A stretch of DNA of 64,000 bases from a bacterium (GCA_043807825.1 JAZDFM010000034.1:2700-66699); one strand, 5' to 3'. Positions 1 through 9,632 are shown, counted from the first letter of the stretch. The notes: generated by a model not told the origin, from the sequence alone. Numbers and translations: made by a program.

Positions 1-295
1 GCGCGCTATGCCCTATCCCCAGCGCCCAATAAACCAAAGCCAGCAATCCGGCCAGCCCGAACATATAAGCCGACAAGTTCAAAATCAAATTCAATCCTTT
101 TTCCAAATGCCTTAATTTTATGGCCGGAATGGATATGGGCATGCCCCAATAAAAAAATCTGCCTTGATAAAAAGCCATGGTTCCGGCGCCTGAACAATTT
201 TTGCAAACAGAGCCGTTTTCAGCCTTGCCATAACCAGCGCAAATTTGGCAGGTTATATATTGAATTTCTGTTTTTTTGTTATCTTGTTTCGGCAT
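1..295 (-). CDS. 5' part of a membrane protein with N-terminal CxxCxGxG zinc-finger pair (probable CPR membrane-anchored Clp/AAA+ ATPase); runs off the left edge
   Basis: Not in the ORF track. Manual translation from ATG 295: MPKQDNKKTEIQYITCQICAGYGKAENGSVCKNCSGAGTMAFYQGRFFYWG...LSAYMFGLAGLLALVYWALG, open to base 1. ATG overlaps the upstream TAA. ATPase identity is inferred from context only. Confidence 0.7.
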   Translation of the reverse strand, partial: MPKQDNKKTEIQYITCQICAGYGKAENGSVCKNCSGAGTMAFYQGRFFYWGMPISIPAIKLRHLEKGLNLILNLSAYMFGLAGLLALVYWALGIGHSA

Positions 296-660
296 TAAAT
301 AAATTGAAAAATAATTTCATAAATAACGAACACGGGCGATAAAATCCAAAAAATAATCGCGGCAACGGAAAAAACAAACCAAAACAGCATAATAAAACTT
401 CTGAAAATAATCTGCGCCAAGCGCACGAAAAAACTTATCAGCATGCCGGCCAAGTCGTATTGCGCGTACATCGGCCGGAAAATATTTTTTATCCAAATCA
501 GCAAAGCCAAAGATTTCTGCTTGTTGGACAAAAAATCTTTCAAGTCGCCGGCGAAATTCAATAATCCCCTGCCATACCACCAAGCCGGAAAATACAGGAT
601 ATCGCGAACAAGTTCGGCGAAAATTCGCAAGCTGTAAAAAATGAAGCTGTTTGAAATCAT
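295..660 (-). CDS. conserved hypothetical membrane protein (WWYGRG motif)
   Basis: 121 aa, hydrophobic; TGgTATAAT 7 nt upstream of ATG; coupled to the downstream gene. Confidence 0.75.
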   Translation of the reverse strand: MISNSFIFYSLRIFAELVRDILYFPAWWYGRGLLNFAGDLKDFLSNKQKSLALLIWIKNIFRPMYAQYDLAGMLISFFVRLAQIIFRSFIMLFWFVFSVAAIIFWILSPVFVIYEIIFQFI

Positions 661-698
661 AAAATTATTATACCATACTTCGCTTTTCTTTCAAATGC

Positions 699-727
699 TT
701 GACAGCTTAATAACTATTGTGTATTAT
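699..727 (+). promoter_or_regulatory. sigma70 promoter for secE-nusG-rplK-rplA
   Basis: TTGACA-N17-TATTAT with TG extension. Confidence 0.7.
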
Positions 728-787
728 ATAAACATCAATACAAATAACAGCCACCCAGCCAAAGGGCTGTTTTTTAATAAAAGAAAT

Positions 788-973
788 ATGCAAAAAATAA
801 TCAATTATCTGAAAGCCTCAATTGAAGAAATGAAAAAAGTTTCTTGGCCCACAAAAAAAGAAACTTATAATTACACTATTTTAGTTATCTCAATAAGCGT
901 CGGGGTAGCTTTGTTTTTGGGGCTTTTTGACATAATTTTTACAAAAGCGCTTGAATATTTAATAAATAAATAG
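788..973 (+). CDS. secE: preprotein translocase subunit SecE
   Basis: EMKKVSWPTKKE motif plus one TM helix; upstream of nusG; start moved to ATG 788. Confidence 0.92.
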   Translation: MQKIINYLKASIEEMKKVSWPTKKETYNYTILVISISVGVALFLGLFDIIFTKALEYLINK

Positions 974-975
974 AT

Positions 976-1521
976 ATGGCTAAACAAACATTAAATCAAG
1001 GCCGAAGATGGTATGTTCTGCATACTTATTCCGGCTATGAAGAAAATGTATCGCAAAATTTGAAGCAAAGAATAGAATCCATGGATATGGAGGATAAAAT
1101 TTTCAATATCTTGATTCCGACCGAGAAAAAAATTAAAATAAAAAACGGAAAAAGAAAAATCGTTGAAGAAAAAATTTTTCCCGGATATGTTTTGGTTGAA
1201 ATGACCGTGAACGATGACTCATGGTATGTGGTCAGAAACACGCCGAATGTTACCGGTTTCATAGGAATGGGCACGATTCCGACTCCAGTGAGCGAACATG
1301 AAATAAAAGACTTGCAAAAACGCATGGGAGTTGAAGAGCCGAAATTCAAAATTGATGTTTCCGTCAATTCGCCCGTGCGCATCATTGACGGTCCGTTCAA
1401 AAATTTGGAAGGCAAAGTCTTTGAAATTGACGAAGCCAAAGGCAAAATCAAAGTAATTGTTTCAATGTTCGGGCGTGAAACTCCGGTTGAACTGGATTTC
1501 TTGCAGATTAAAAAAATATAA
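976..1521 (+). CDS. nusG: transcription termination/antitermination factor NusG
   Basis: WYVLHTYSGYE, FPGYVLVEM, KOW domain GPF...FGRETPVEL. Confidence 0.98.
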   Translation: MAKQTLNQGRRWYVLHTYSGYEENVSQNLKQRIESMDMEDKIFNILIPTEKKIKIKNGKRKIVEEKIFPGYVLVEMTVNDDSWYVVRNTPNVTGFIGMGTIPTPVSEHEIKDLQKRMGVEEPKFKIDVSVNSPVRIIDGPFKNLEGKVFEIDEAKGKIKVIVSMFGRETPVELDFLQIKKI

Positions 1522-1526
1522 TAAAA

Positions 1527-1563
1527 TCCCGTTCTTCGCTATTCGCGGAGAGCTTCTACGGGA
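1527..1563. repeat. GC-rich intergenic palindrome (REP-like)
   Basis: tcccgt-tcttcgc tattc gcggaga-gcttct-acggga nested stem between nusG and rplK. Confidence 0.5.
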
Positions 1564-1584
1564 AAATTTTAAATAACTAATTTT

Positions 1585-2007
1585 ATGGCAAAAAAAATAC
1601 TGACCAAAATAAAATTGCAGATTCCCGCCGGCCAAGCCAATCCCGCGCCTCCGGTAGGTCCGGCTTTGGGACAGCACGGATTGAACATAGCGCAATTCTG
1701 CCAGGCGTTCAATGAAAAAACCAAAGATAAAATGGGAGATATTACGCCTGTTGAAATCACGGTTTTTGAAGACAAAACTTACTCGTTCATCTTAAAGACT
1801 CCTCCGGCTTCGGAGCTGATAAAAAAATTCGCCAAAATCGCCAAAGGGTCAAGCAAGCCCTTGACCGAGAAAGTCGGATCAATCACACGCGCCCAGCTTA
1901 AAGAAATAGCGGAAATAAAAATGCCGGATTTAAACGCGAACAGCATTGAAGCCGCGATGAATATTATCGCCGGCACGGCTAAACAAATGGGGGTGGATAT
2001 TAAGTAA
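1585..2007 (+). CDS. rplK: 50S ribosomal protein L11
   Basis: [18 protein letters not shown]; KMPDLNA. Confidence 0.98.
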   Translation: MAKKILTKIKLQIPAGQANPAPPVGPALGQHGLNIAQFCQAFNEKTKDKMGDITPVEITVFEDKTYSFILKTPPASELIKKFAKIAKGSSKPLTEKVGSITRAQLKEIAEIKMPDLNANSIEAAMNIIAGTAKQMGVDIK

Positions 2008-2020
2008 CTTAAGTAACTTA

Positions 2021-2057
2021 TGTCATTGCGAGCGACCGGAGGGAGCGAAGCAATCTC
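2021..2057 (+). repeat. family-A REP-like element, single arm
   Basis: TGTCATTGCGAG-cgaccggagggag-CGAAGCAATCTC. Confidence 0.85.
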
Positions 2058-2063
2058 ACGAAT

Positions 2064-2729
2064 ATGAAAATACAACAAATTATTAACTCTGACAAATCTA
2101 AAAATTATTCAATCGCAGAAGCAATTGAATTATCAAAAAAATCGTCCAAAACAAAATTTGACGCTTCAATTGAGGCTCATTTCCGTTTGGGAATAAACAC
2201 GAAAAAAGGCGAACAGCAAGTGAGGCTGGCGGTTTCTCTTCCGCACGGCACAGGGAAAACCATTAAAATAGCGGCTTTCGTAACTCCGGCCAAAGAAGAA
2301 GAAGCGCGCCAAGCCGGCGCTGATTATGTCGGAGGAGAAGAACTGATAAACCAAATTAAAAAAACCGAAAAAACCGATTTTCAAGTAGCCGTCGCCGAGC
2401 CTGTTATGATGAAAAATCTGGCGGCCATCGCGAAAATTTTAGGCACTCGCGGGCTTATGCCTTCGCCAAAAAATGAAACGGTTACGCCCAATCCGGCCAA
2501 AGCCATTGAGCAATTGAAAAAAGGCAAAGTGAGCTTAAAGAATGACGACACCGGAAACATCCATGTGGCTATCGGAAAAGTTTCTTTTGAAACTGGCAAA
2601 TTGGCGAATAATTTTAACACGCTTTTAGACGCGATAAAAAAAGCCAAGCCCGCCACATCAAAAGGAGTATATTTGAAAAACATCTCAATCAGTTCAACCA
2701 TGGGTCCGGGAATAAAAGTGGCTCTGTAA
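2064..2729 (+). CDS. rplA: 50S ribosomal protein L1
   Basis: KFDASIE, LPHGTGK, LGTRGLMPSPK, SSTMGPGIKV. Confidence 0.97.
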   Translation: MKIQQIINSDKSKNYSIAEAIELSKKSSKTKFDASIEAHFRLGINTKKGEQQVRLAVSLPHGTGKTIKIAAFVTPAKEEEARQAGADYVGGEELINQIKKTEKTDFQVAVAEPVMMKNLAAIAKILGTRGLMPSPKNETVTPNPAKAIEQLKKGKVSLKNDDTGNIHVAIGKVSFETGKLANNFNTLLDAIKKAKPATSKGVYLKNISISSTMGPGIKVAL

Positions 2730-2738
2730 ACGCGGATA

Positions 2739-3962
2739 TTATTCAAATCTTAACGCTTCAATAGGATTCAATTTTGAAGCCCGGCGAGCCGGATAATACC
2801 CGAAAATCAAACCTATGGCGGCTGAAACTCCGAAAGCCAAAAATATGGACGACATTGAGACGGCAGTCGCCATGCCGGAAAATTTGGTTATGGCCAAAGA
2901 AACCAGCCAGCCCAAAAGAATGCCGAAAATTCCTCCCAAAAAAGTAAGCATTACCGCTTCCGCTAAAAATTGCCCGCTGATATCTTGTCTTGTCGCTCCG
3001 ATGGATTTGCGCAAACCGATTTCTTTGGTGCGCTCGGTAACCGTGGTAAGCATCATATTCATAATCCCGATTCCTCCGACAACCAAAGATATTCCGGCGA
3101 TAGAAGCCAAAAGCAAAGTAAATATGCCTGTCACGCTTGAAGCCGTGGCGACAATATCGGCCTGATTCATTATGTTAAAATCGGCAAGCAAAGGATCGGA
3201 AATTTTATGGCGCTGTAAAAGCAAACTATTTACTTGAGCTTGAACTGCCGCCATTTCATCAGCCGCGTTGGCTTGAACGCTGATTGTGGTAACATAATCG
3301 CCGCCGGTCAAATATCGTTGCGAAGCAAGCAAAGGAACATAAATGACATCGTCTTGATTGGAAAAACCGCTGCCGCCTTTAGCTTTGGTTACGCCGACGA
3401 CTTTGAATTCAACTTTATTTATTTTTATAGACTGCCCCAAAGGATTGTATCCGGCTCCGAATAAATCATCGCGCGCGGTCGGGCCTAACACGGCGACTTT
3501 TGACGCTCCGAGATTATTTTGGCCGGTTATGAAATTCCCCGAATCTATTTTAACATTTCTCACTTCAATATAATCGGCAATTGTGCCGATAACTTGCGTA
3601 TTGGTATTTGTACCTTTGGCGGTAACTTGATAGCGCTTGGACAATTCCGGAGCCACGGCTTTAGCTGAAGCGATTTCTTTTTTTATCGCCGCGGCATCTT
3701 CGGTGGTAAGGGATTGGGCGCTTCCGCGGCCTGCGCTGGCTGAGCCTCCGACGGTTCTTTGCGCTCCGGGCATTACCAAAAGCAAATTTGAACCGATTGA
3801 TTGGATATTGGCTTCTATCGTCCCCCGCGCTCCTTGTCCGATTGATACCATGGCGATAACTGAAGCGATGCCTATGACTATGCCTAAAATAGTAAGGCTT
3901 GATCTCATTTTATTTCCCGATAACGCCAAAAAACTTTCTTGTAATAAATCCGAAATAAGCAT
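2739..3962 (-). CDS. MacB-family ABC transporter permease
   Basis: RSSLTILGIVIGIASV, ISLVVGGIGIMNMML, ERTKEIGLRK, PARRASKLNPIEALR; the ORF-track N-extension lies in a repeat, so start was moved to MLISDLL. Confidence 0.92.
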   Translation of the reverse strand: MLISDLLQESFLALSGNKMRSSLTILGIVIGIASVIAMVSIGQGARGTIEANIQSIGSNLLLVMPGAQRTVGGSASAGRGSAQSLTTEDAAAIKKEIASAKAVAPELSKRYQVTAKGTNTNTQVIGTIADYIEVRNVKIDSGNFITGQNNLGASKVAVLGPTARDDLFGAGYNPLGQSIKINKVEFKVVGVTKAKGGSGFSNQDDVIYVPLLASQRYLTGGDYVTTISVQANAADEMAAVQAQVNSLLLQRHKISDPLLADFNIMNQADIVATASSVTGIFTLLLASIAGISLVVGGIGIMNMMLTTVTERTKEIGLRKSIGATRQDISGQFLAEAVMLTFLGGIFGILLGWLVSLAITKFSGMATAVSMSSIFLAFGVSAAIGLIFGYYPARRASKLNPIEALRFE

Positions 3963-3971
3963 AAAATTCAT

Positions 3972-4092
3972 TGTCATTGCGAGGAGTCCCCCGCCAAAAT
4001 TTGGCGGGGGACGACGAAGCAATCTCCCTGATACTTATCTTCTGCTAAACTTACCATTCGTTAGATTGCTTCGCTAGTCGCTCGCAATGACA
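3972..4092. repeat. family-A REP inverted pair with internal GC hairpin
   Basis: TGTCATTGCGAG..gtcccccgccaaaatttggcgggggac..CGAAGCAATCT / AGATTGCTTCG..CTCGCAATGACA. Confidence 0.9.
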
Positions 4093-4093
4093 G

Positions 4094-4795
4094 TTAAGAG
4101 CCATTTTTTATTTTTTTCTCATTCTTTTTATCGCTTACTATTTTTCCGTCTTTAATCATAATTATCCTGTCCGCGTGTTCAGCCACATATTGTTCATGAG
4201 TGATCAATATTATCGTTCTGCCTTGAGCGTTTAATTTTTGAAAAGTGCCCAAAACTATATCTCCTGTTTTAGAATCCAAATTTCCCGTGGGTTCATCAGC
4301 CAAAATAATTGACGGATTATTAACCAAGGATCGGGCGATTGCCACTCTTTGCATTTGCCCTCCGGACAACTGATTGGAAAGATGCGTAAAATGAGATTCG
4401 GACAAACCGGATTCAATCAGCGCCTGCCTGGCTTTTTTCTCGCGCTGTTCGGCCGGGATTTCCGCATAGACCAATGGCAGAATAACATTCCGTAAAACAG
4501 TGGCCCTGGACAATAAATTAAACGCCTGAAAAACAAAACCGATTTTTTCCTTTCTTATTTTAGCCAATTCGTCTTCAGATAAAGAAGAAACATCTTTGCC
4601 GCCCAAATAATATTTGCCCGAAGTCGGAGTATCCAACGCGCCCAAAATATGCATCAGCGTGGATTTACCCGAACCTGACGGACCGATGATCGCTATAAAT
4701 TCGCCATTATCAACAGTAAAAGAAATATCACGCAAAACTTCAGCGATAGATCCTCCGGTATTATATGATTTATAAATATGTTCGCATTTAATCAT
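4094..4795 (-). CDS. MacB/LolD-type ABC transporter ATP-binding protein
   Basis: GPSGSGKST, LSGGQMQRVAIAR, ILADEPTGNLD. Confidence 0.95.
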   Translation of the reverse strand: MIKCEHIYKSYNTGGSIAEVLRDISFTVDNGEFIAIIGPSGSGKSTLMHILGALDTPTSGKYYLGGKDVSSLSEDELAKIRKEKIGFVFQAFNLLSRATVLRNVILPLVYAEIPAEQREKKARQALIESGLSESHFTHLSNQLSGGQMQRVAIARSLVNNPSIILADEPTGNLDSKTGDIVLGTFQKLNAQGRTIILITHEQYVAEHADRIIMIKDGKIVSDKKNEKKIKNGS

Positions 4796-4796
4796 G

Positions 4797-6656
4797 TTAT
4801 TCTCTTCTAAAATTTCCGCCTCCGGTCATCCCGGGAATTCTTAAACCGGCGGCGCTTGGTTGATTAGCCGAAGCGCTGGGTGCCGTGGCGGTTATGGTTT
4901 GGATTATAATTTTATCGCCTTCTTTTAAACCGCTTATTATTTCCGTCATAGTATCATCTGACGCGCCGATTACAACCGGCTTTCTTTGCGGTTGGCCGTC
5001 AGCGTCAAGAATTTCCACATAATCAGACCTGCCATTTTTTACGGCCGAACTCGGCGCCAATAAAACATCAACTTTACTGTCTATAATAATCACCGCGTTG
5101 GCGCTCATGCCGGATTTAACTCTATCATCTTGGGTGTCAAAAACAATTTTCACATTGTAAGTAACCACGCCTTGCGATACTGTTCCAATTTCGTCAATCC
5201 CCGCGACTCGGCCGCTTATGTTAAGGCCGTCAATCGCGTCAAAAGCGATCATCGCTTTATCCCCTGTTTTTATTTTGGCCGCATCAACTTCATTCAAAGA
5301 AATTTCCGCGATGCTCTGCTTGGTTATAATCGTAGCGATAACGCCCGATGACGAATCGCCTTCTTTCACATTGACCGCGGCGATAACGCCGTCAAACGGC
5401 GCTTTCACGGTGTAATCCGCCAAAACGGTTTGAGCGTCATAAAGAGCTTCTTTCTTTTGCTGAAGCGATATTTCCTGCGATCTTATGTCCATCGGCTCCG
5501 CGCCGGCTTCAAGATCCGCCAAAGACAATTTTCTTTCTTCAAGATTGGCTTCGTCCGAAGCCAAATCAAAAGGCTGGTTCTGAATCAAAGATTTTAAATT
5601 ATTATTCGCCGAAACAATAGCGTCTTTATAATTTTGAATAGCCGATTGCGCCGAAGACAAACTTGACAGGCTGGAATTAATTTGACCGCTGTAAGTTGAA
5701 AGGTTTGTTTTGTAAGTTGAGATTTGGGTGAAAATGGACATATTCCTCAAAGATCTCGCGTCGGACCAAACAGCGAAATAATTATTTTCGCTTTTCACCG
5801 CCTGCGCCATCGCTTTTACAGCCGCTAAAGTTTCCGAAAGCAAATTTTCTATTTCCGCATGCCCGGAATAAACGCTGACTTTTTTGAAATTAGCGTAATT
5901 CGCGTCATAAGCAAGCTTGGCTGAAGAATAATCTTTTTCAGCTATCGCCTGATATGATTTGATTTTAAACTGATCAGTTTCATAAGTGGTATTATACAAA
6001 ACATCGGTGTTTATCTGTCCTCTGCCCAAAGAATTGTCGCTTTGGCTTATTTGATCGCTGTATAAAATATCATTCATGGCCGACATTATGTTCGGCAAAT
6101 TCAAAAAACTGTTTGAAATGGCGGTAAGAGCGTCTTCGTAAGATTTCTCCGAATTATTTTTAGCTGTCTGCGAAGCGGCCAGCGCGTTTTGGTAATCTAT
6201 GGGCTGAGACATTTTCAGCTTATCCAAAGAATTTTGAGCGCTGGCTACGGCATTTTTCGCCGCAAGAATTGAATTAGCGTCAGCCGGCTGTTTTAATTTA
6301 TCCATAGACAGATAGGCGCTTTCCAAATTCAATTTGGCGTCCCTTACCGCTTTATAAGCGTTTTTAGCGTCAATTTGGGCGATTAAATCCCCGGCTTTCA
6401 CTTCCTGACCGGCCGCAACAGCGATTTTCGCGATATATCCTGAAACTTTTGATGAAATATCAACTTGATTTGAAGCGGAAATTTGTCCGCTTGAAGAAAC
6501 CGAAACAATCAATGTTCCTTTCTTAACGGCTGAAGCGATATATCTTGGCTTCGCGTTGCCGATTTTGTATTTATTATAGCCGTAATAACAGCCGCCTGCC
6601 GCCAAAAGCAGAATAATCAGAAAAACAATCTTATGTTTCTTAATTGATTGAAGCAT
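4797..6656 (-). CDS. MacA/HlyD-family efflux membrane-fusion protein with long coiled coil
   Basis: N-terminal TM, lipoyl-like GQEVKAGDLIA, KAPFDGVI, C-terminal EIISGLKEGD. Confidence 0.9.
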   Translation of the reverse strand: MLQSIKKHKIVFLIILLLAAGGCYYGYNKYKIGNAKPRYIASAVKKGTLIVSVSSSGQISASNQVDISSKVSGYIAKIAVAAGQEVKAGDLIAQIDAKNAYKAVRDAKLNLESAYLSMDKLKQPADANSILAAKNAVASAQNSLDKLKMSQPIDYQNALAASQTAKNNSEKSYEDALTAISNSFLNLPNIMSAMNDILYSDQISQSDNSLGRGQINTDVLYNTTYETDQFKIKSYQAIAEKDYSSAKLAYDANYANFKKVSVYSGHAEIENLLSETLAAVKAMAQAVKSENNYFAVWSDARSLRNMSIFTQISTYKTNLSTYSGQINSSLSSLSSAQSAIQNYKDAIVSANNNLKSLIQNQPFDLASDEANLEERKLSLADLEAGAEPMDIRSQEISLQQKKEALYDAQTVLADYTVKAPFDGVIAAVNVKEGDSSSGVIATIITKQSIAEISLNEVDAAKIKTGDKAMIAFDAIDGLNISGRVAGIDEIGTVSQGVVTYNVKIVFDTQDDRVKSGMSANAVIIIDSKVDVLLAPSSAVKNGRSDYVEILDADGQPQRKPVVIGASDDTMTEIISGLKEGDKIIIQTITATAPSASANQPSAAGLRIPGMTGGGNFRRE

Positions 6657-6667
6657 ATTTTAATTAT

Positions 6668-7123
6668 TTATTTTGTCATTTTCTCGGGCAAAACCCTTAT
6701 CAATTTAGGCTCAATTTGTCCTTGATTATTGGGCTTGCCGATCGCGATTATTTCATCGTCAATTTTAAGATCGGTTATTTTTATGCTTTGATTATTTTTG
6801 GTAATCGCGGTTTGATCGGTTATTAAAATGGTTTTTTCTATATTCGCCTGATCTTTGATAATAATGCTGTTTTCATCAATTTTAATGATGCTGCCCAAAC
6901 CTTCATGCGCTCCAAAACCCGACCGGCCGAAATCGGCCATGCCCTTCTTGCCATGTCCCATGATATTGCGGTAATAATTTTCTCCCCAGCGCTGCGAGAA
7001 TCTGGCTTTTCCATGGCCCACCAATACTCCGGCGGAAAAAACCAAAATCAAAACCGCAACGGACGCGGAAATTATAAGCAGTCTGTTAAAATGACCCGAT
7101 GCAAAAATTTCTTTGAATTTCAT
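6668..7123 (-). CDS. membrane-anchored hypothetical protein with C-terminal beta domain
   Basis: N-terminal TM, WGENYYRN motif, DLKIDDEIIAIG; in ECF/MacAB operon. Confidence 0.75.
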   Translation of the reverse strand: MKFKEIFASGHFNRLLIISASVAVLILVFSAGVLVGHGKARFSQRWGENYYRNIMGHGKKGMADFGRSGFGAHEGLGSIIKIDENSIIIKDQANIEKTILITDQTAITKNNQSIKITDLKIDDEIIAIGKPNNQGQIEPKLIRVLPEKMTK

Positions 7124-7139
7124 AAAATTATAAATTAAA

Positions 7140-7517
7140 TTAATAATTAGTTAAAATCTTTTTAAAATCAACATAGCAATCAGCCAGCTTGGCGAGAAAA
7201 AATATTGAAACGAGCAAAGACACCGAAGAAAAAATCAAGCTTGGCAAAGGCATAATCTCAAGCAATGACAAAATATAATCGCCCGTATTTAACATAACTG
7301 CGCTAAAATCGCTGCAAATCAAAGACAAAAAATTTAAAAAACCGGATTCTGAAATATCCGAAAATAGCATGAAGCTCAATGGAACCAAAACAAAACAAGA
7401 CAATAACAATCCGAAAAATCTGAAAATAAGCTTTATTTTTATTTCGGCGATTTTTTCCTCGCGATTTATTCTGTTTACAACGCGATCGTAAAGATCGGCT
7501 TTAGGCTGTATTAGCAT
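7140..7517 (-). CDS. putative membrane anti-sigma factor
   Basis: Directly after the ECF gene; PKADLYDRVVNRI followed by TM helices; ATG 7517. Confidence 0.65.
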   Translation of the reverse strand: MLIQPKADLYDRVVNRINREEKIAEIKIKLIFRFFGLLLSCFVLVPLSFMLFSDISESGFLNFLSLICSDFSAVMLNTGDYILSLLEIMPLPSLIFSSVSLLVSIFFLAKLADCYVDFKKILTNY

Positions 7518-7525
7518 ATATATAA

Positions 7526-7551
7526 TACGATTGGCCAAGCTATTTTGGTGC
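7526..7551 (-). promoter_or_regulatory. putative ECF-type promoter overlapping the sigma gene 3' end
   Basis: GCACC-N17-CGTA, ending 8 nt before ATG 7517. Confidence 0.5.
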
Positions 7552-8085
7552 GTTTATGACGCTTTTCAGCTTCGCCAGCGCTCTTCTGTTCGCGCTTTTC
7601 ACCGTGTTTAAAGGCTGTTTCAGAATTTTCGCTATTTCCCTGAATTTAAAACCTTCATAATAATGCAAATTCACGATTTTTTTATGCTTTTCCGGCAATT
7701 TCCCTATGGCCGAATACAAATCCCCTTCTTCCGCAATCGGCGTTCCAGCTTGCGCGATCAAATTTTCAAACAGCAGATTGTCATCGGTTAAATTGAGTTC
7801 CGAAAAATTTATTGTTTTATTTTTCTTCAAATAATCAAGGCAGGTATTTTTAGCTATGGCGTAAATCCAATTCTTGAATTTATATTTATTATTAAAACTC
7901 TTTATTTTTTTCCAGACTTTAACAAAAATCTCCTGCGTCAAATCTTCAGACGCGGCGCGGTCTTTGGCGAAACTCAAGGCATAATTGAAAATCGGCGTCA
8001 AATAGCGCTTGATCAGAAAATCCAGCGCTTTTCTGTCGCCTTTGATATAAGCCTTAATTAGCTGTTCGTCGGTTAATCTTTCCAT
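7540..8085 (-). CDS. ECF (sigma-70 group 4) RNA polymerase sigma factor
   Basis: SEDLTQEIFVKVW, FKNWIYAIAKNTCLDYLKK, region 4 FREIAKILKQPLNTVKS. Confidence 0.95.
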   Translation of the reverse strand: MERLTDEQLIKAYIKGDRKALDFLIKRYLTPIFNYALSFAKDRAASEDLTQEIFVKVWKKIKSFNNKYKFKNWIYAIAKNTCLDYLKKNKTINFSELNLTDDNLLFENLIAQAGTPIAEEGDLYSAIGKLPEKHKKIVNLHYYEGFKFREIAKILKQPLNTVKSANRRALAKLKSVINAPK

Positions 8086-8137
8086 ACAGGCATTAAACTA
8101 CAATTACCGCCATAAATCAAGAAATTTAATTTAAAAT

Positions 8138-8166
8138 TTGCTTTCTTGTTTTTCATTTGATAAAAT
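8138..8166 (+). promoter_or_regulatory. sigma70 promoter for thyA operon
   Basis: TTGCTT-N17-TAAAAT with TG extension. Confidence 0.55.
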
Positions 8167-8228
8167 ATAAAGACTTTAATACAAACATAATCTCATATTC
8201 GGACCAAAAATCAGGATGATTTTAATAT

Positions 8229-9128
8229 ATGAAACAATATTTGGATTTGTTGCGCGATATTTTAAACAACGGGACTGACAAAAGCGACCGCACCGGCACC
8301 GGAACCAAAAGCGTTTTTGGCCGGCAAATCCGCTTTAATTTGGCCGAAGGCTTTCCTTTGTTGACCACTAAAAAAATGGCATTCAAAGCTATAACTTACG
8401 AATTGCTCTGGTTTTTAAAAGGCGATACCAATATAAAATATTTAGCGGAAAATAATGTAAAAATCTGGAATGAATGGCCTTATGAAGGCTACAAAGCCGG
8501 CGGGCAATACAAAGGAGAAACCATGGAAGAATTTATAGAAAAAATTAAAAACGACAATGAATTCGCGAAAAAATGGGGCGAATTGGGGCCGGTTTACGGA
8601 AAACAGTGGGTGCGCTGGCCCGGCTACGACGGACAGCCGATAAATCAAATCGCCCAAGCCGTTGATCTTATAAAAAACAACCCTGACTCAAGAAGAATTT
8701 TAGTCGGCACTTGGAATGTGGCCGATATACAAGAATTGATCAAAGCTAAAAAAGCCGCTCCCCCTCTCTGCCATACTTTATTCCAATTTTATGTGGCCGA
8801 CAATAAACTTTCCTGCCAGCTTTACCAAAGAAGCGCGGATATTTTTTTGGGCGTTCCGTTTAATATCGCTTCCTACTCATTGTTAACCATGATGATGGCG
8901 CAAGCCACCGGGCGCGAACTTGGAGAATTTATCCATACTTTCGGCGATACGCATATTTATAATAATCACTTTGAGCAAGTGAATTTGCAGCTTGCTCGCG
9001 AACCATTGCCTTTGCCGACAATGAAAATAAACCCGGCCGTAAAAAATATTTTTGATTTTAAATACGAAGATTTTACTTTGGAAAATTACAATCCTTATCC
9101 GGCGATCAAAGCGCCGATAGCAATCTGA
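8229..9128 (+). CDS. thyA: thymidylate synthase ThyA
   Basis: [37 protein letters not shown]. Confidence 0.98.
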   Translation: MKQYLDLLRDILNNGTDKSDRTGTGTKSVFGRQIRFNLAEGFPLLTTKKMAFKAITYELLWFLKGDTNIKYLAENNVKIWNEWPYEGYKAGGQYKGETMEEFIEKIKNDNEFAKKWGELGPVYGKQWVRWPGYDGQPINQIAQAVDLIKNNPDSRRILVGTWNVADIQELIKAKKAAPPLCHTLFQFYVADNKLSCQLYQRSADIFLGVPFNIASYSLLTMMMAQATGRELGEFIHTFGDTHIYNNHFEQVNLQLAREPLPLPTMKINPAVKNIFDFKYEDFTLENYNPYPAIKAPIAI

Positions 9129-9140
9129 TTTTACGCTCAT

Positions 9141-9620
9141 ATGATTTCAATCATCGCCATTGTGGCAAAAAACAGAGCAATCGGCTTTCAAAACAAATTG
9201 CTTTACGACATTCCGGAAGACATGAAACATTTTAAAGATATTACAACCGGACACGCCGTAATTATGGGAGAAAACACTTTTCATTCCATGAGCGGCAAGC
9301 CTCTGCCTAATCGCGTTAATATAATTTTAACTTTGGATAAAAATTTTAAAGCTGAAAATTGCCTGATCGCTTATTCTTTGGAAGAGGCCGTTGAAATCGG
9401 CAAAGCGCAAAATAAAGGCGAAATATTTTTTATCGGCGGCGGAATGATTTACAGGCAAGCTCTTCCTTTGGCTGATAAATTATATTTGACAGTTGTTGAT
9501 GACGAACCGGCGAAAGCCGATGTTTATTTTCCGGATTATTCTGAATTTAAAAATATAATTTCGCAAAAAAAACTCAAAGCCGGAGGCTATGATATAAATT
9601 TTTTGGAATTAACAAGATAA
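9141..9620 (+). CDS. folA: dihydrofolate reductase
   Basis: AIGFQNKL, DMKHFK, PLPNRVNI, FIGGGMIY. Confidence 0.95.
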   Translation: MISIIAIVAKNRAIGFQNKLLYDIPEDMKHFKDITTGHAVIMGENTFHSMSGKPLPNRVNIILTLDKNFKAENCLIAYSLEEAVEIGKAQNKGEIFFIGGGMIYRQALPLADKLYLTVVDDEPAKADVYFPDYSEFKNIISQKKLKAGGYDINFLELTR

Positions 9621-9632
9621 AAAATAAATAAT

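Noticed and set aside
3963-4022. ORF-track N-terminal extensions of the permease (also mtaD 28432-28500, ldt 43715-43750, dnaK 18861-18875)
   Set aside because: They run into repeat elements; downstream ATGs match the family N-termini.
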